A DNA stretch of 64,000 nt from an uncultured Lachnospiraceae bacterium (GCA_902797025.1 CADBRN010000016.1:723-64722); one strand, 5' to 3'. Positions 9,015 through 17,490 are shown, counted from the first letter of the stretch. Notes: a model not told the origin generated them from the sequence alone. Numbers and translations: made by a program.

Positions 9015-10197
9015 ATTCCTCTATCGATTTTTTCAGAAAATTCCAGCTGTTTTCCCTGAGTAACGAAAGTGCCTGGCCGACCGGTCCGAAGTCGATCTCT
9101 CCCTCCGGCAGCGAACGCATCGGCGTCCCGCCCCTGATCACTCTTCCGGAGAGCCCGAGCACATCCAGAAGATCGGTCTTCCGGAAATCAGAGGGTCCCC
9201 CGTATACCACCGAATAAAACGGACGGCCAAGCGCGGCCGACAGAACCGTCCCGTGGTAAGAATCGGTGACAATCAGCTTCGCGTTTTCAACCGCGTCCAG
9301 AAACTCAACCGGTCCGTATTCCGGATGATTCACAAAGGGTCCGCCCTTCTTCCAGCGTACGCAGCAGTTCGGCGTGAGCACGGTCACAGGCTCTTTCATT
9401 GAGTCCGCAAGTTCCGAAAGAAGCGGTTTCATCTTCGCGACCGTATCATATCCGCCGAGGGTATAGAAAAGGATCCCGGATTTCTCCTGACGCGTCCCGA
9501 TCCGCATCATCTCTCTCCACTCATCACCCGAAAACAGCAGCGTCGGATCGAGGACATTCTCGACGTTCATCCCGACCGCCTCCTTCAGTCTCCCGCAGCT
9601 GCTGCGCTCGCGCACGGACAGACAGCGGAACCTGCGGAGATACGGAACGAGACGCGAAAGCTCCTGATCCTTCATATTGACGATCGACGAGGCATAGGAA
9701 AACTTCGGTTTCGTGACGCCGCACAGAAGATACGGAAACATATAGGTGAAAGGACGGTGCTCGAGCTCGCAGGCATGGATGTTCCAGATCTGGTCACTTC
9801 CGCTGATCACGCAGTCGAACCGGTTCGCGATCTCCGGCATCTGATTCGGATCATCAAACTCATCGGTGAGCCGGAGATACCGCTGCATGAAATCTTCAAA
9901 ACGGTTCCGCCTGGCGATGCGTCCGGCGAGAACCGGCGTCTGCAGAAGGTCCTTTGCAAACGTCCGCGGGCCGTACCAGGGCCGCAGCAGCGCGTAATAC
10001 TGTTTCTGCGCCTTCATCCTGTAATTGATGATTTTCGGAGCGTATCCCGCCCTCTTCACAGCCTCCTGCAGCGCAAATGCCTGCAGCGCCGACCCGAAAT
10101 TGTAGGCGGCATGGAATGTGATGATTCCGACCGACGCCGCACTGCGGCGGATCTGCCTTTCTTCTGTAAATCCGTTTTCTTCGGTTGTCTGCTGCAT
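8995..10197 (-). CDS. Polysaccharide pyruvyl transferase family protein
   Basis: VGIITFHAAYNFGSALQAFALQ N-terminus and a C-terminal VTDSYHGTVLSA motif, both characteristic of CsaB/WcaK-type pyruvyl transferases. I trimmed the start to the ATG at 10197, which follows GGGAG. Confidence 0.75.
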   Translation of the reverse strand: MQQTTEENGFTEERQIRRSAASVGIITFHAAYNFGSALQAFALQEAVKRAGYAPKIINYRMKAQKQYYALLRPWYGPRTFAKDLLQTPVLAGRIARRNRFEDFMQRYLRLTDEFDDPNQMPEIANRFDCVISGSDQIWNIHACELEHRPFTYMFPYLLCGVTKPKFSYASSIVNMKDQELSRLVPYLRRFRCLSVRERSSCGRLKEAVGMNVENVLDPTLLFSGDEWREMMRIGTRQEKSGILFYTLGGYDTVAKMKPLLSELADSMKEPVTVLTPNCCVRWKKGGPFVNHPEYGPVEFLDAVENAKLIVTDSYHGTVLSAALGRPFYSVVYGGPSDFRKTDLLDVLGLSGRVIRGGTPMRSLPEGEIDFGPVGQALSLLRENSWNFLKKSIEECVANNV

Positions 10198-10201
10198 ACT
10201 G

Positions 10202-10957
10202 TCACTCCCGGTACTTTGCTCTGACATACTTCTCTTTGACGGCATTTTTTATATTTCTCGCGCCGAATGTCCAATCCGCCGTCTCCGTGTTGATATACGA
10301 CATTTCGCGGCGCCTCAGTCCTTTTTCATGGGACAGCCACACGTCCAGCAGCCGCTCGGACAGAAACCCGAACAGTCTCTGATTGTACGCGTCGTACCCG
10401 TCGGTTGAGATCCTCATTTCCAGGCCGAACAGGATCGGAAACAGCCAGGACATGTATTCGTCGTAGAGCCGCTTCCCCGCGACGATCATATTATACTGAT
10501 AAAAATAATGCTTATTGAGCATTCTGTCAAAGTCCGGAACGTATTCCGGAAATCGTTCCCGGATCACCTCTCTGCAGAAAAGCAGATCCTTCGGGTCGTG
10601 CTTCTCCCGGAACTGTCCGAGCACCGTCTCGTTCCGCATACACAGCGGCCTCGGCACCAGAATATCCGCCGACCGCAACAGACGCCTCACGTCGTCTTCT
10701 CCGATGATTCTGCGCGAGAGCGGCCCCCGGGTCATATACCGCCGGTAATGCGCGATACCGACGACATCCTCCGATACATTTTTCCAGATCCAGTACAGTG
10801 CGGTCAGTTCGCAGAAATGCGGGTTCTTCTCCGCGATCTGATCTCCCTGATCATCCCGGAGCGGATAGAGATCCGGTCCTCCTCCGACCTGGATCGGCGT
10901 ATAGAGGGGATCCTTCGGCATCGGCGCCTTCTTGTGCGCAACAACATAGATCTTCAT
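10202..10957 (-). CDS. DUF4422-type putative glycosyltransferase
   Basis: MKIYVVAHKKAPMPKDPLYTPIQVGG...NPHFCELTALYWIWKN matches my recollection of the DUF4422 signature. The start overlaps the upstream GT4 stop (ATGA). Confidence 0.7.
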   Translation of the reverse strand: MKIYVVAHKKAPMPKDPLYTPIQVGGGPDLYPLRDDQGDQIAEKNPHFCELTALYWIWKNVSEDVVGIAHYRRYMTRGPLSRRIIGEDDVRRLLRSADILVPRPLCMRNETVLGQFREKHDPKDLLFCREVIRERFPEYVPDFDRMLNKHYFYQYNMIVAGKRLYDEYMSWLFPILFGLEMRISTDGYDAYNQRLFGFLSERLLDVWLSHEKGLRRREMSYINTETADWTFGARNIKNAVKEKYVRAKYRE

Positions 10958-12051
10958 AATTTCTTCCGCCTTTCCGAATCCGCGCCGTTCTCCCGCCCGG
11001 TGATGTTCCGAAACAGCCTCAGATATTGTCCCGCGGCTGTATCCCAGTTGAACCCGTCCAGATGCGGATTGTTGAAATCATAGCGGATCCGCCCGTCGAG
11101 ACTCCGTCCGATCGCCTCCGCCATCCGGTCCATCCTCGTCCCCGGAATGACGCGGCCGCAGTTTTCATTGACCACTTCGCGGATTCCTCCGGTGTCCGCG
11201 GCGATCACCGGAATCTTCATTTTCAGCGCTTCCACGATCGAGATCGGAAGATTCTCGCATGAAGATGTGGAAAGAAAGAGGTCATATACCGAAAAATCAA
11301 TATCCTTCCGGGGGACGAATCCCTTCAGACAGACGCGGCCGGACTTTGCAAGGTGCCCGGCCAGTTTTCTGTCCGATATTCCTCCGTAGATGTCGATCGA
11401 CGCCCGGATTTTCTGTTTATCCAGCTCCGAAAGAAGTCCCGGAAGTCTCCCGTATTTGCGCGCGTCGACCCCTCCGAGCATCACGCAGCGTCCCACGCGC
11501 GCTTTCCCCGGCCTGTGAATCTCCGACGATTTCCCGTCTTCAGGTCTCCTCGTCCCACAGTCATTTTGATCCGGCGCCGTCCCGTTCCGGATCACAACCG
11601 AGTTTCTGTTGTACCGGTCCGTAAAGGACTCCATGTACTTCGAGACATTCACGACGCACGCGGCATCACGGAGCGTCCTCGCGTAAAGCGGCATGAAGTA
11701 AAAGGACTTCAGAAAGAATTCCGCGTTCAGATACCGGGCGTCCGGCCAGTTCCCGTGGTACGTGTGAACGTAAGGAACCCCGCACTGTCCGAGGATATAT
11801 CCCGTGTGATCATCGGAATAAAAGACCGCGCCGCTTCCGGAGAGCCGGCGGATCAACGGACGCGGATCCGTCCCTTTGTATCTGCGGACACGGATTTTAT
11901 TGTCCGGATCATATTTTCCCGTGATCTTCGCGACCACATCGACCCGCTCCACATCCGGCGCCGCGGCAAATCTGTGCGCGAGCTCATGGGTCGCGACGGT
12001 CGCACCCGTAAAATCGTACCCGTATTTTTTTGTAAATATTACGATCCTCAT
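10954..12051 (-). CDS. Glycosyltransferase family 4 (GT-B)
   Basis: MRIVIFTKKYGYDFTGATVATHELA N-terminus and a C-terminal EN(L)PISIVEALKMKIPVIAADTGGIREVV region (the E-x7-E region). I trimmed the start to 12051, where it overlaps the upstream stop (ATGA). Confidence 0.8.
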   Translation of the reverse strand: MRIVIFTKKYGYDFTGATVATHELAHRFAAAPDVERVDVVAKITGKYDPDNKIRVRRYKGTDPRPLIRRLSGSGAVFYSDDHTGYILGQCGVPYVHTYHGNWPDARYLNAEFFLKSFYFMPLYARTLRDAACVVNVSKYMESFTDRYNRNSVVIRNGTAPDQNDCGTRRPEDGKSSEIHRPGKARVGRCVMLGGVDARKYGRLPGLLSELDKQKIRASIDIYGGISDRKLAGHLAKSGRVCLKGFVPRKDIDFSVYDLFLSTSSCENLPISIVEALKMKIPVIAADTGGIREVVNENCGRVIPGTRMDRMAEAIGRSLDGRIRYDFNNPHLDGFNWDTAAGQYLRLFRNITGRENGADSERRKKL

Positions 12052-13139
12052 TCTCTTCCCCCGCCGGCCGCACAAAGGATTGCCCGGGCTGTATTCTCGT
12101 AAGAAAAAGCGCCGCGGTCCGGAAACGGCGGCTGATCCCTGCTGGAGAGCGCCCGGATCGCCGCGGCGGTTTCTTCCGGATTCTTCCCGTCCGCCATCCT
12201 TACCCGTTCGGGATACTCTGCGAGAAATTCCGTCTGTCCGCCGGTCTTCGGGCATACGATCCCGCACCCGGACAGAAGCGCCTCACAGAATGTGATGCCG
12301 AAGGGTTCCGACGGATTCATCGAGATGAACACCCGGCTCTTCCGGTAATACCCGACGATCTCCTCCTGTTCTTTTCTCCCTGCAAATGTTACGGCAAGCC
12401 CGTGCTTTCTTGAAAAGCGCTCCAGTCTCTCACTGTCCGGCCCGTCTCCGACGATGGTCAGATGATACGAGCCGCCCGCCTTTTTCAAAACGATCATCGC
12501 CCTGAGAATCTGATCGACGCATTTTGCCTCAGCAAGTCTGCCGACATACAGAAGCGACCCCGGATCCCTCTCGACAGCCTCCTGATCCGCACGGCGCAGC
12601 GACTCCAGAAATTCACAGGAGACTCCGAGACGCACATCCGCATCGGAAGAAAGATGAAAGGCCTCCTGGTTGATAAAACGTGTGAACGCACTGTTCGCGA
12701 TCACAAGATCGCTCTTTTTTCCTATGAACTTCTCGAATAAAAGGGCGGCAAATGTCTTCACCATTCCGTGCTCTGCCATGTTATAAAACCCGTGCAGGAA
12801 AAAGATTTTTTTCTTCGCGGGTATGACCGGTATATATCTTGCACAGAACAGGGAGGCGATCGCAAGGTCACAGTTCCACTTTCTGCACTCCCGCGCGCGC
12901 CGCACCAAAATCCCGCGGGGCGTCACGGACGGAGCGTCCTTCTGGTCCGTAAAAAGAACCGCCTCATGTCCGAGTCTGCAAAAAGCATACGCCAGATTTT
13001 CATCAAATGTGGCGACTCCGCCATAATAAGTTCCGGTAAATACCGGCCCGAGTATTGCGATTTTCAAAATCCTCTCCTTGCCGTCTGCTTTTTTTGATGA
13101 ACGTTTTTCATCATTTCTATTTTTCATGAAACTTATCAA
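12048..13139 (-). CDS. Glycosyltransferase family 4 (GT-B); first gene of the polysaccharide operon
   Basis: LKIAILGPVFTGTYYGGVATF N-terminus and a C-terminal SEPFGITFCEALLSGCGIVCPKTGGQTEF region. A TTG at 13067 preceded by AAGGAGAGG is a more convincing start than the ATG at 13139, which has no SD. Confidence 0.8.
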   Translation of the reverse strand: MISFMKNRNDEKRSSKKADGKERILKIAILGPVFTGTYYGGVATFDENLAYAFCRLGHEAVLFTDQKDAPSVTPRGILVRRARECRKWNCDLAIASLFCARYIPVIPAKKKIFFLHGFYNMAEHGMVKTFAALLFEKFIGKKSDLVIANSAFTRFINQEAFHLSSDADVRLGVSCEFLESLRRADQEAVERDPGSLLYVGRLAEAKCVDQILRAMIVLKKAGGSYHLTIVGDGPDSERLERFSRKHGLAVTFAGRKEQEEIVGYYRKSRVFISMNPSEPFGITFCEALLSGCGIVCPKTGGQTEFLAEYPERVRMADGKNPEETAAAIRALSSRDQPPFPDRGAFSYENTARAILCAAGGGRE

Positions 13140-13168
13140 TCAATCTGCGCAGTTTTCCGCACGCGGCC

Positions 13169-13200
13169 GGTATTATACTTTTTTATACAAATATAATACC
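13169..13200. promoter_or_regulatory. Inverted repeat carrying two back-to-back TATAAT boxes (divergent promoters for the polysaccharide operon and the dinJ-like gene)
   Basis: GGTATTATA-N14-TATAATACC. TATAAT reads on the + strand at 13192-13197 and on the - strand at 13172-13177, inside a very AT-rich spacer. Confidence 0.4.
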
Positions 13201-13297
13201 GATTTATCCGAATATTTTTTGATAAAATATTTATGGTTGCCGGTTCTCCCTGACAATTATCACACATATTAATTAATAAGGGGAGATACTGGGAAAT

Positions 13298-13474
13298 ATG
13301 AATAATTCAATGATACTGATTGAGGCGGTCGTCGACCGCGAGCTGCGCGAACAAGCCGAATCGATTCTGAAACAGCTCGGTGAAACACCGTCCATGGCAA
13401 TCACACAGTTTTACACACAGATTGTCCTGCAGCATGGAATACCGTTTGAACTGAAACTGCCGTCAAACATCTGA
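13298..13474 (+). CDS. RelB/DinJ-family antitoxin-like protein (58 aa) with no adjacent toxin
   Basis: Below the ORF-track size cut-off. My translation is MNNSMILIEAVVDRELREQAESILKQLGETPSMAITQFYTQIVLQHGIPFELKLPSNI. This shows an RHH-type N-terminus and the (L/I)PFEL C-terminal signature of DinJ/RelB. AAGGGGAG lies upstream of the ATG. Confidence 0.7.
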   Translation: MNNSMILIEAVVDRELREQAESILKQLGETPSMAITQFYTQIVLQHGIPFELKLPSNI

Positions 13475-13489
13475 ACACAGTACACATTT

Positions 13490-14005
13490 TCAGTCGGGCG
13501 CTGAACCGGCAGCCCTGTTCAGCCTGGTCTGAACCCAGAACGCTCCCATCGTGGAATCCGGCTCGTACGTCTCGTCCTTCGCGAGATAATCCGCGAGGCC
13601 CACGTCCGCCGGATTCCAGCTTTTCGCCTCCTCCACACTCCCGTATTCAACCTCTGCGTACCAGAACTCCGTCTCCAGTCCCTCATCCACATGATTGACC
13701 TCCAGGAGATGACCGTCCGGAAGTCTGTAGCTTCTGCGGGTCTTCCGGATCAGCGGGATTCCGATCAGATCCCGGATCTCGTCAAATTTTTCCTCCGGGA
13801 TCGAAAGCTCTATCTCCCTGCGGGCGAGCTTTCCCTGTGATTTCAGACAGAGGACGTAATCCGTGTCTCCTCCGACCCGTTCTTCCTTCCGGATCCGCAC
13901 AGTCGGAGCGACACTCACGTACCCCTGCTCCATCCGATGCTCAGCGGCAAGCGGCAGATCCGCATCCGGCCATCCCTGCACCGCCCATTTTCTCTCGATC
14001 TCCAT
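13490..14005 (-). CDS. CYTH-domain protein (triphosphate tunnel metalloenzyme / class IV adenylate cyclase fold)
   Basis: The N-terminal MEIERKW matches the ExExK signature of CYTH. The protein is 171 aa. Confidence 0.8.
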   Translation of the reverse strand: MEIERKWAVQGWPDADLPLAAEHRMEQGYVSVAPTVRIRKEERVGGDTDYVLCLKSQGKLARREIELSIPEEKFDEIRDLIGIPLIRKTRRSYRLPDGHLLEVNHVDEGLETEFWYAEVEYGSVEEAKSWNPADVGLADYLAKDETYEPDSTMGAFWVQTRLNRAAGSAPD

Positions 14006-14161
14006 GTTTCCTTCCTCGTTCCATACAGAATATCCGCTAACGCTTTCGATATCTGTTCATTATACCAGATCTCACCGGGAAAATTTGACGATCCTGTGCG
14101 GAAACCATATACTGATCTTGCAAAAAACTGCTGAATTTCGCATTTTCCGGAGGTGATTTCG

Positions 14162-15493
14162 GTGAAATCCGGAACCAGAATCATTTTTCATATCGATGTC
14201 AACAGTGCGTTTCTTTCGTGGTCCGCGCTGGAGCGCTTGAAAAAAGACCCGTCCTCCGTCGATCTCCGGACGATTCCGTCCGCGGTCGGAGGCGATGTGG
14301 AGCAGCGCCGCGGCGTCATCACCGCAAAATCCATCCCCGCGAAACGATATGGTGTCACCACGGGCGAACCGGTCGTAAAGGCACTTCAGAAATGCCCGGA
14401 TCTGGTCCTCGTCCGCTCGGATTTTACCGCCTACCGGAGATATTCCCGCGACTTCATTGCACTCCTCCGGGAATATTCGGATCAGATCCAGCAGATCTCG
14501 ATCGATGAAGCCTGGCTTGATGTAACCGGACAGGCGCAGGATGAAAGAGGCGCCTCTCTTCTGGCGGATACAATACGCCGGAACATCCGGGAGCGTCTCG
14601 GCTTCACGGTCAATATCGGCATTTCGACGAATAAGCTGCTCGCGAAGATGGCCAGCGATTTTGAAAAGCCGGACCGCATTCATACCCTGTTCCCGTATGA
14701 GGTGCCTGAAAAAATGTGGCCGCTTCCGATCCGGGATCTGTACGGATGCGGAGGAGCGACAGCTGAACGTCTGAGCAGGATCGGGATCCGGACGATCGGC
14801 GAAGCTGCAGGGACGGATCGTTCCATCCTGATCTCCCTCCTCGGGGAAAAGGGCGGCACCTATCTCTACGAAAGTGCAAACGGCCGCGGCGGAGACCTGG
14901 TTGAGACGAAGAAGCGTGAAGCAAAAAGCTACTCCAACGAGACGACGACCGCGCACGACATCACCTCCGGCAATTTCGCGCGCGACGCGCAGCCGGTCTC
15001 GAACCGGCTCTCCGACAAGGTCGCATCGCGGCTTCTGCGCGACGGATACACCGCATCCGTCATCACAGTCAGCGTGAAGACGGACTCGTTCCGGAGACAC
15101 TCCCGCCAGACCCATCTGCCCTCTCCGACAAACGATCCGGCGCAGATCCGGGAGATCGCCTGGAATCTCCTTTGCGGGCTTCTTCTCGGGACCGATGATT
15201 CACCGGGACTCTTTGCAGATGGAAATGCCATCCGCCTCATCGGCGTCGGCGCGTCCGCACTCGACCGGGGTGAATTCCGGCAGATCAGCATGACGGAGGC
15301 GATGCGGTCGATCGATGAAGAACGTGCGGAAGAAAAAGAACGAGCCGACTCCGCCGAGAAGCAGAGACGGCTCGTGACCATGCAGAATCAGATTCGGGAA
15401 AAATTCGGCGACGGCGCGATCCGGAAGGGTACCGCCCTCCGGAAGGACGGGCCGCTCAGACCGCGATATTCAAAAGATGCGTCGCAAATGTGA
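14162..15493 (+). CDS. dinB: DNA polymerase IV (Y-family translesion polymerase)
   Basis: IFHIDVNSAFLSWSALE (the catalytic D in the HxDxxxFF-type motif), then SIDEAWLDVTG and NKLLAKMASDFEKP. I prefer the GTG at 14162, 8 nt after GGAGG, over the GTG at 14153. Confidence 0.9.
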   Translation: MKSGTRIIFHIDVNSAFLSWSALERLKKDPSSVDLRTIPSAVGGDVEQRRGVITAKSIPAKRYGVTTGEPVVKALQKCPDLVLVRSDFTAYRRYSRDFIALLREYSDQIQQISIDEAWLDVTGQAQDERGASLLADTIRRNIRERLGFTVNIGISTNKLLAKMASDFEKPDRIHTLFPYEVPEKMWPLPIRDLYGCGGATAERLSRIGIRTIGEAAGTDRSILISLLGEKGGTYLYESANGRGGDLVETKKREAKSYSNETTTAHDITSGNFARDAQPVSNRLSDKVASRLLRDGYTASVITVSVKTDSFRRHSRQTHLPSPTNDPAQIREIAWNLLCGLLLGTDDSPGLFADGNAIRLIGVGASALDRGEFRQISMTEAMRSIDEERAEEKERADSAEKQRRLVTMQNQIREKFGDGAIRKGTALRKDGPLRPRYSKDASQM

Positions 15494-16817
15494 AGTAAAG
15501 AAGCAGTGACACCGCATCGACAATCGTCGTGATCAGCGGGCTGGCCATGACTGCCGGGTCAAAGCCGATCTTATCCGCGACCATCGGCAGAACGCATCCG
15601 ATGGTTTTTGCAAAGACGACGACGCAGACGAGTGTGATACAGACGACCGCCGCAACGCCGGTCGGAATCCGGTCAAAAAACAGCAGTTTCAGAAAATTCG
15701 CACCCGCGAGCGTGATCCCGCAGATCACCGCGACACGGATTTCTTTCCAGATCACCGCGATCAGCTGATTAAAGCGGATCTCATTGAGAGACAGTCCGCG
15801 GATCACGGAGACGCTCGCCTGCGATCCGGCATTTCCGCCCGTGTCCATCAGCATCGGTATATACGCGGTCAGCACAACGTACTGCGACAGCGCACTCTCA
15901 AAATGCGTGATGATCGACCCTGTGAATGTCGCTGAGATCATGAGAAACAGCAGCCACGGGATTCTCTTCTTGTATGTCTCAAGAATGCCCGTTTTCATAT
16001 ACGGCTTTTCCGTCGGAATGATGGCGGCCATCTTCTCGATATCCTCCGTCGCCTCTTCCTGGATGATATCGACGATATCGTCGATGGTGATGATTCCGAC
16101 GAGACGGTTCTCGTTGTCTACGACGGGCATCGCCGTAAAATCGTATTTCTGGAACATCCTTGCGGCCTGCTCCTGGTCCGTCCTCGTGTTGATGCTGATG
16201 ACATTTTCATTCATGATATCACCGATCAGCGCATCCTCCGGTTTAATCAGAAGATAACGCAGCGCGACGGTTCCGAGCAGCTTTCTTTTTTCATCGATGA
16301 CATAGCAGACATCCACCGTTTCGGAATCGAGCCCGATCTTCCGGATCCGCCCGATTGCCTGACTGACAGTCATCGATTCATGCAGACCGACGTACTCGAC
16401 CGTCATCACGGACCCTGCGGAATCCTCGGGGTATTGAAGAAGCTGGTTCACATCTTTCCTTGTCTCCGGGCTTGCATTGGCAAGCAGCTTCGTCACGACA
16501 TTCGCCGGCATCTCCTCAAGAAGATCCGCTGCATCATCCGCCATCAGATTGTCGATGACGCTCGACGCCTCTTTTGTAGAAAGGGACATGATGATATACT
16601 GCTGATCTTCATCCTGCAGAAGTGGAAAAATATCGGCAGCCTTATCTTTCTGGAGCAGCCGGAACAGCTTCAGGGAATCCTCATCCTCCATGGAATCCAT
16701 GAGCGCGGCGATATCGGCCGGGTTGATTTCATCCGCCACCGCGCGAAGCTTTGCGTACTGCCTCGTCTGCATGAGATCGATCAGATACTCCTGCAGATCC
16801 TTCTGTTCACTGGACAT
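15456..16817 (-). CDS. mgtE: Magnesium transporter MgtE
   Basis: MgtE N-domain, tandem CBS region (VGIITIDDIVDII) and a C-terminal MgtE membrane domain (PMLMDTGGNAGSQAS). ACGGAGGAG lies upstream of the ATG at 16817. Confidence 0.9.
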   Translation of the reverse strand: MSSEQKDLQEYLIDLMQTRQYAKLRAVADEINPADIAALMDSMEDEDSLKLFRLLQKDKAADIFPLLQDEDQQYIIMSLSTKEASSVIDNLMADDAADLLEEMPANVVTKLLANASPETRKDVNQLLQYPEDSAGSVMTVEYVGLHESMTVSQAIGRIRKIGLDSETVDVCYVIDEKRKLLGTVALRYLLIKPEDALIGDIMNENVISINTRTDQEQAARMFQKYDFTAMPVVDNENRLVGIITIDDIVDIIQEEATEDIEKMAAIIPTEKPYMKTGILETYKKRIPWLLFLMISATFTGSIITHFESALSQYVVLTAYIPMLMDTGGNAGSQASVSVIRGLSLNEIRFNQLIAVIWKEIRVAVICGITLAGANFLKLLFFDRIPTGVAAVVCITLVCVVVFAKTIGCVLPMVADKIGFDPAVMASPLITTIVDAVSLLLYFTFATHLLNIAV

Positions 16818-16983
16818 GGCAATTCTCCTCCGTATATGGTTTTATCGTGTGTACTTCGCGGGTTTGTATCATCGTCGCCGGACAACAAGTACTTCTTCAT
16901 AAAACCACCTCCTTTACGGCCGGAACTTCGGCGAACTGCTTTTCTAAGATATCGGTGTAAAAAATTGAAAACTCAACCGGATT

Positions 16984-17013
16984 ATTATACCGCGCGGGAA
17001 TTCCACTCCGCAA
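16984..17013 (-). promoter_or_regulatory. Candidate sigma-A promoter for the mgtE leader
   Basis: On the minus strand: TTGCGG-18 nt-TATAAT. It lies about 165 nt upstream of the mgtE ATG and just downstream of the HPr terminator. Confidence 0.4.
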
Positions 17014-17042
17014 TTCTTTTCCGAAAAATCAGGACAAAATGC

Positions 17043-17080
17043 CAAAAAACAGGAGGACACCAAAAAACCGTGTCCTCCTG
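17043..17080 (-). terminator. Rho-independent terminator of the HPr gene
   Basis: On the minus strand: CAGGAGGACAC-ggttttttg-GTGTCCTCCTG followed by TTTTTTGG. Confidence 0.75.
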
Positions 17081-17115
17081 ACCGATTCTGTTCCGCCCCA
17101 TACGAAACCAGACGA

Positions 17116-17373
17116 TTACAGATTCTCCTGCATAAATTTGGAAACCGCCTCGCAGGCAGCATCCTCATCCGGTCCCTCAAATTTGAAATCAACGGTGCTT
17201 CCCTTCGTCGCACCAAGCGCCATAACTGCAAGAATCTTCGTCGCTTTTCCCGACTTTTCTCCCTTGGAAATCGTGATGCTGCTCTGGAACTGTTTGCAGA
17301 GCTTCACGAGCTCACCCGCCGGTCTTGCGTGGATCCCCTCGTTATCGGTAATAACGTAACTAAATGTTTTCAT
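17116..17373 (-). CDS. ptsH: HPr-family phosphocarrier protein (His15 present; position 46 is Lys)
   Basis: MKTFSYVITDNEGIHARPAGELV carries the GIHARPA active-site His15. The start at 17373 follows GGGAGG. Confidence 0.85.
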   Translation of the reverse strand: MKTFSYVITDNEGIHARPAGELVKLCKQFQSSITISKGEKSGKATKILAVMALGATKGSTVDFKFEGPDEDAACEAVSKFMQENL

Positions 17374-17490
17374 CGTAAACCTCCCTGATACAATACAACG
17401 CAAACGTACGAAAATACATGAATTTGTCTATATTGTATCGGTTTATTCAATTTTTGACAAGACCTGCCTGCTGTTTTCCATCTATGTTCC

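Noticed and set aside
8969-10408. Small overlapping ORFs inside the polysaccharide operon (for example 8969-9217, 9399-9680, 10056-10274, 10118-10408).
   Set aside because: All lie inside or antisense to well-supported genes. They lack an SD and have low-complexity Arg/Ser/Pro-rich translations.
13475-14005. Possible toxin partner for the DinJ-like antitoxin.
   Set aside because: The only neighbouring gene is convergent and has a clear CYTH signature (EIERKW). No RelE/YafQ/ParE-like small ORF is found on the plus strand downstream.
14006-14161. LexA (Cheo-type GAAC-N4-GTTC) box upstream of dinB.
   Set aside because: The nearest candidate, CGATATCTGTTC, has only one good half-site. No convincing SOS box is present.
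16818-17013. M-box (ykoK) Mg2+ riboswitch expected upstream of mgtE.
   Set aside because: I could not find the conserved M-box core elements as I remember them in the leader of about 165 nt. A covariance-model scan is needed for certainty.
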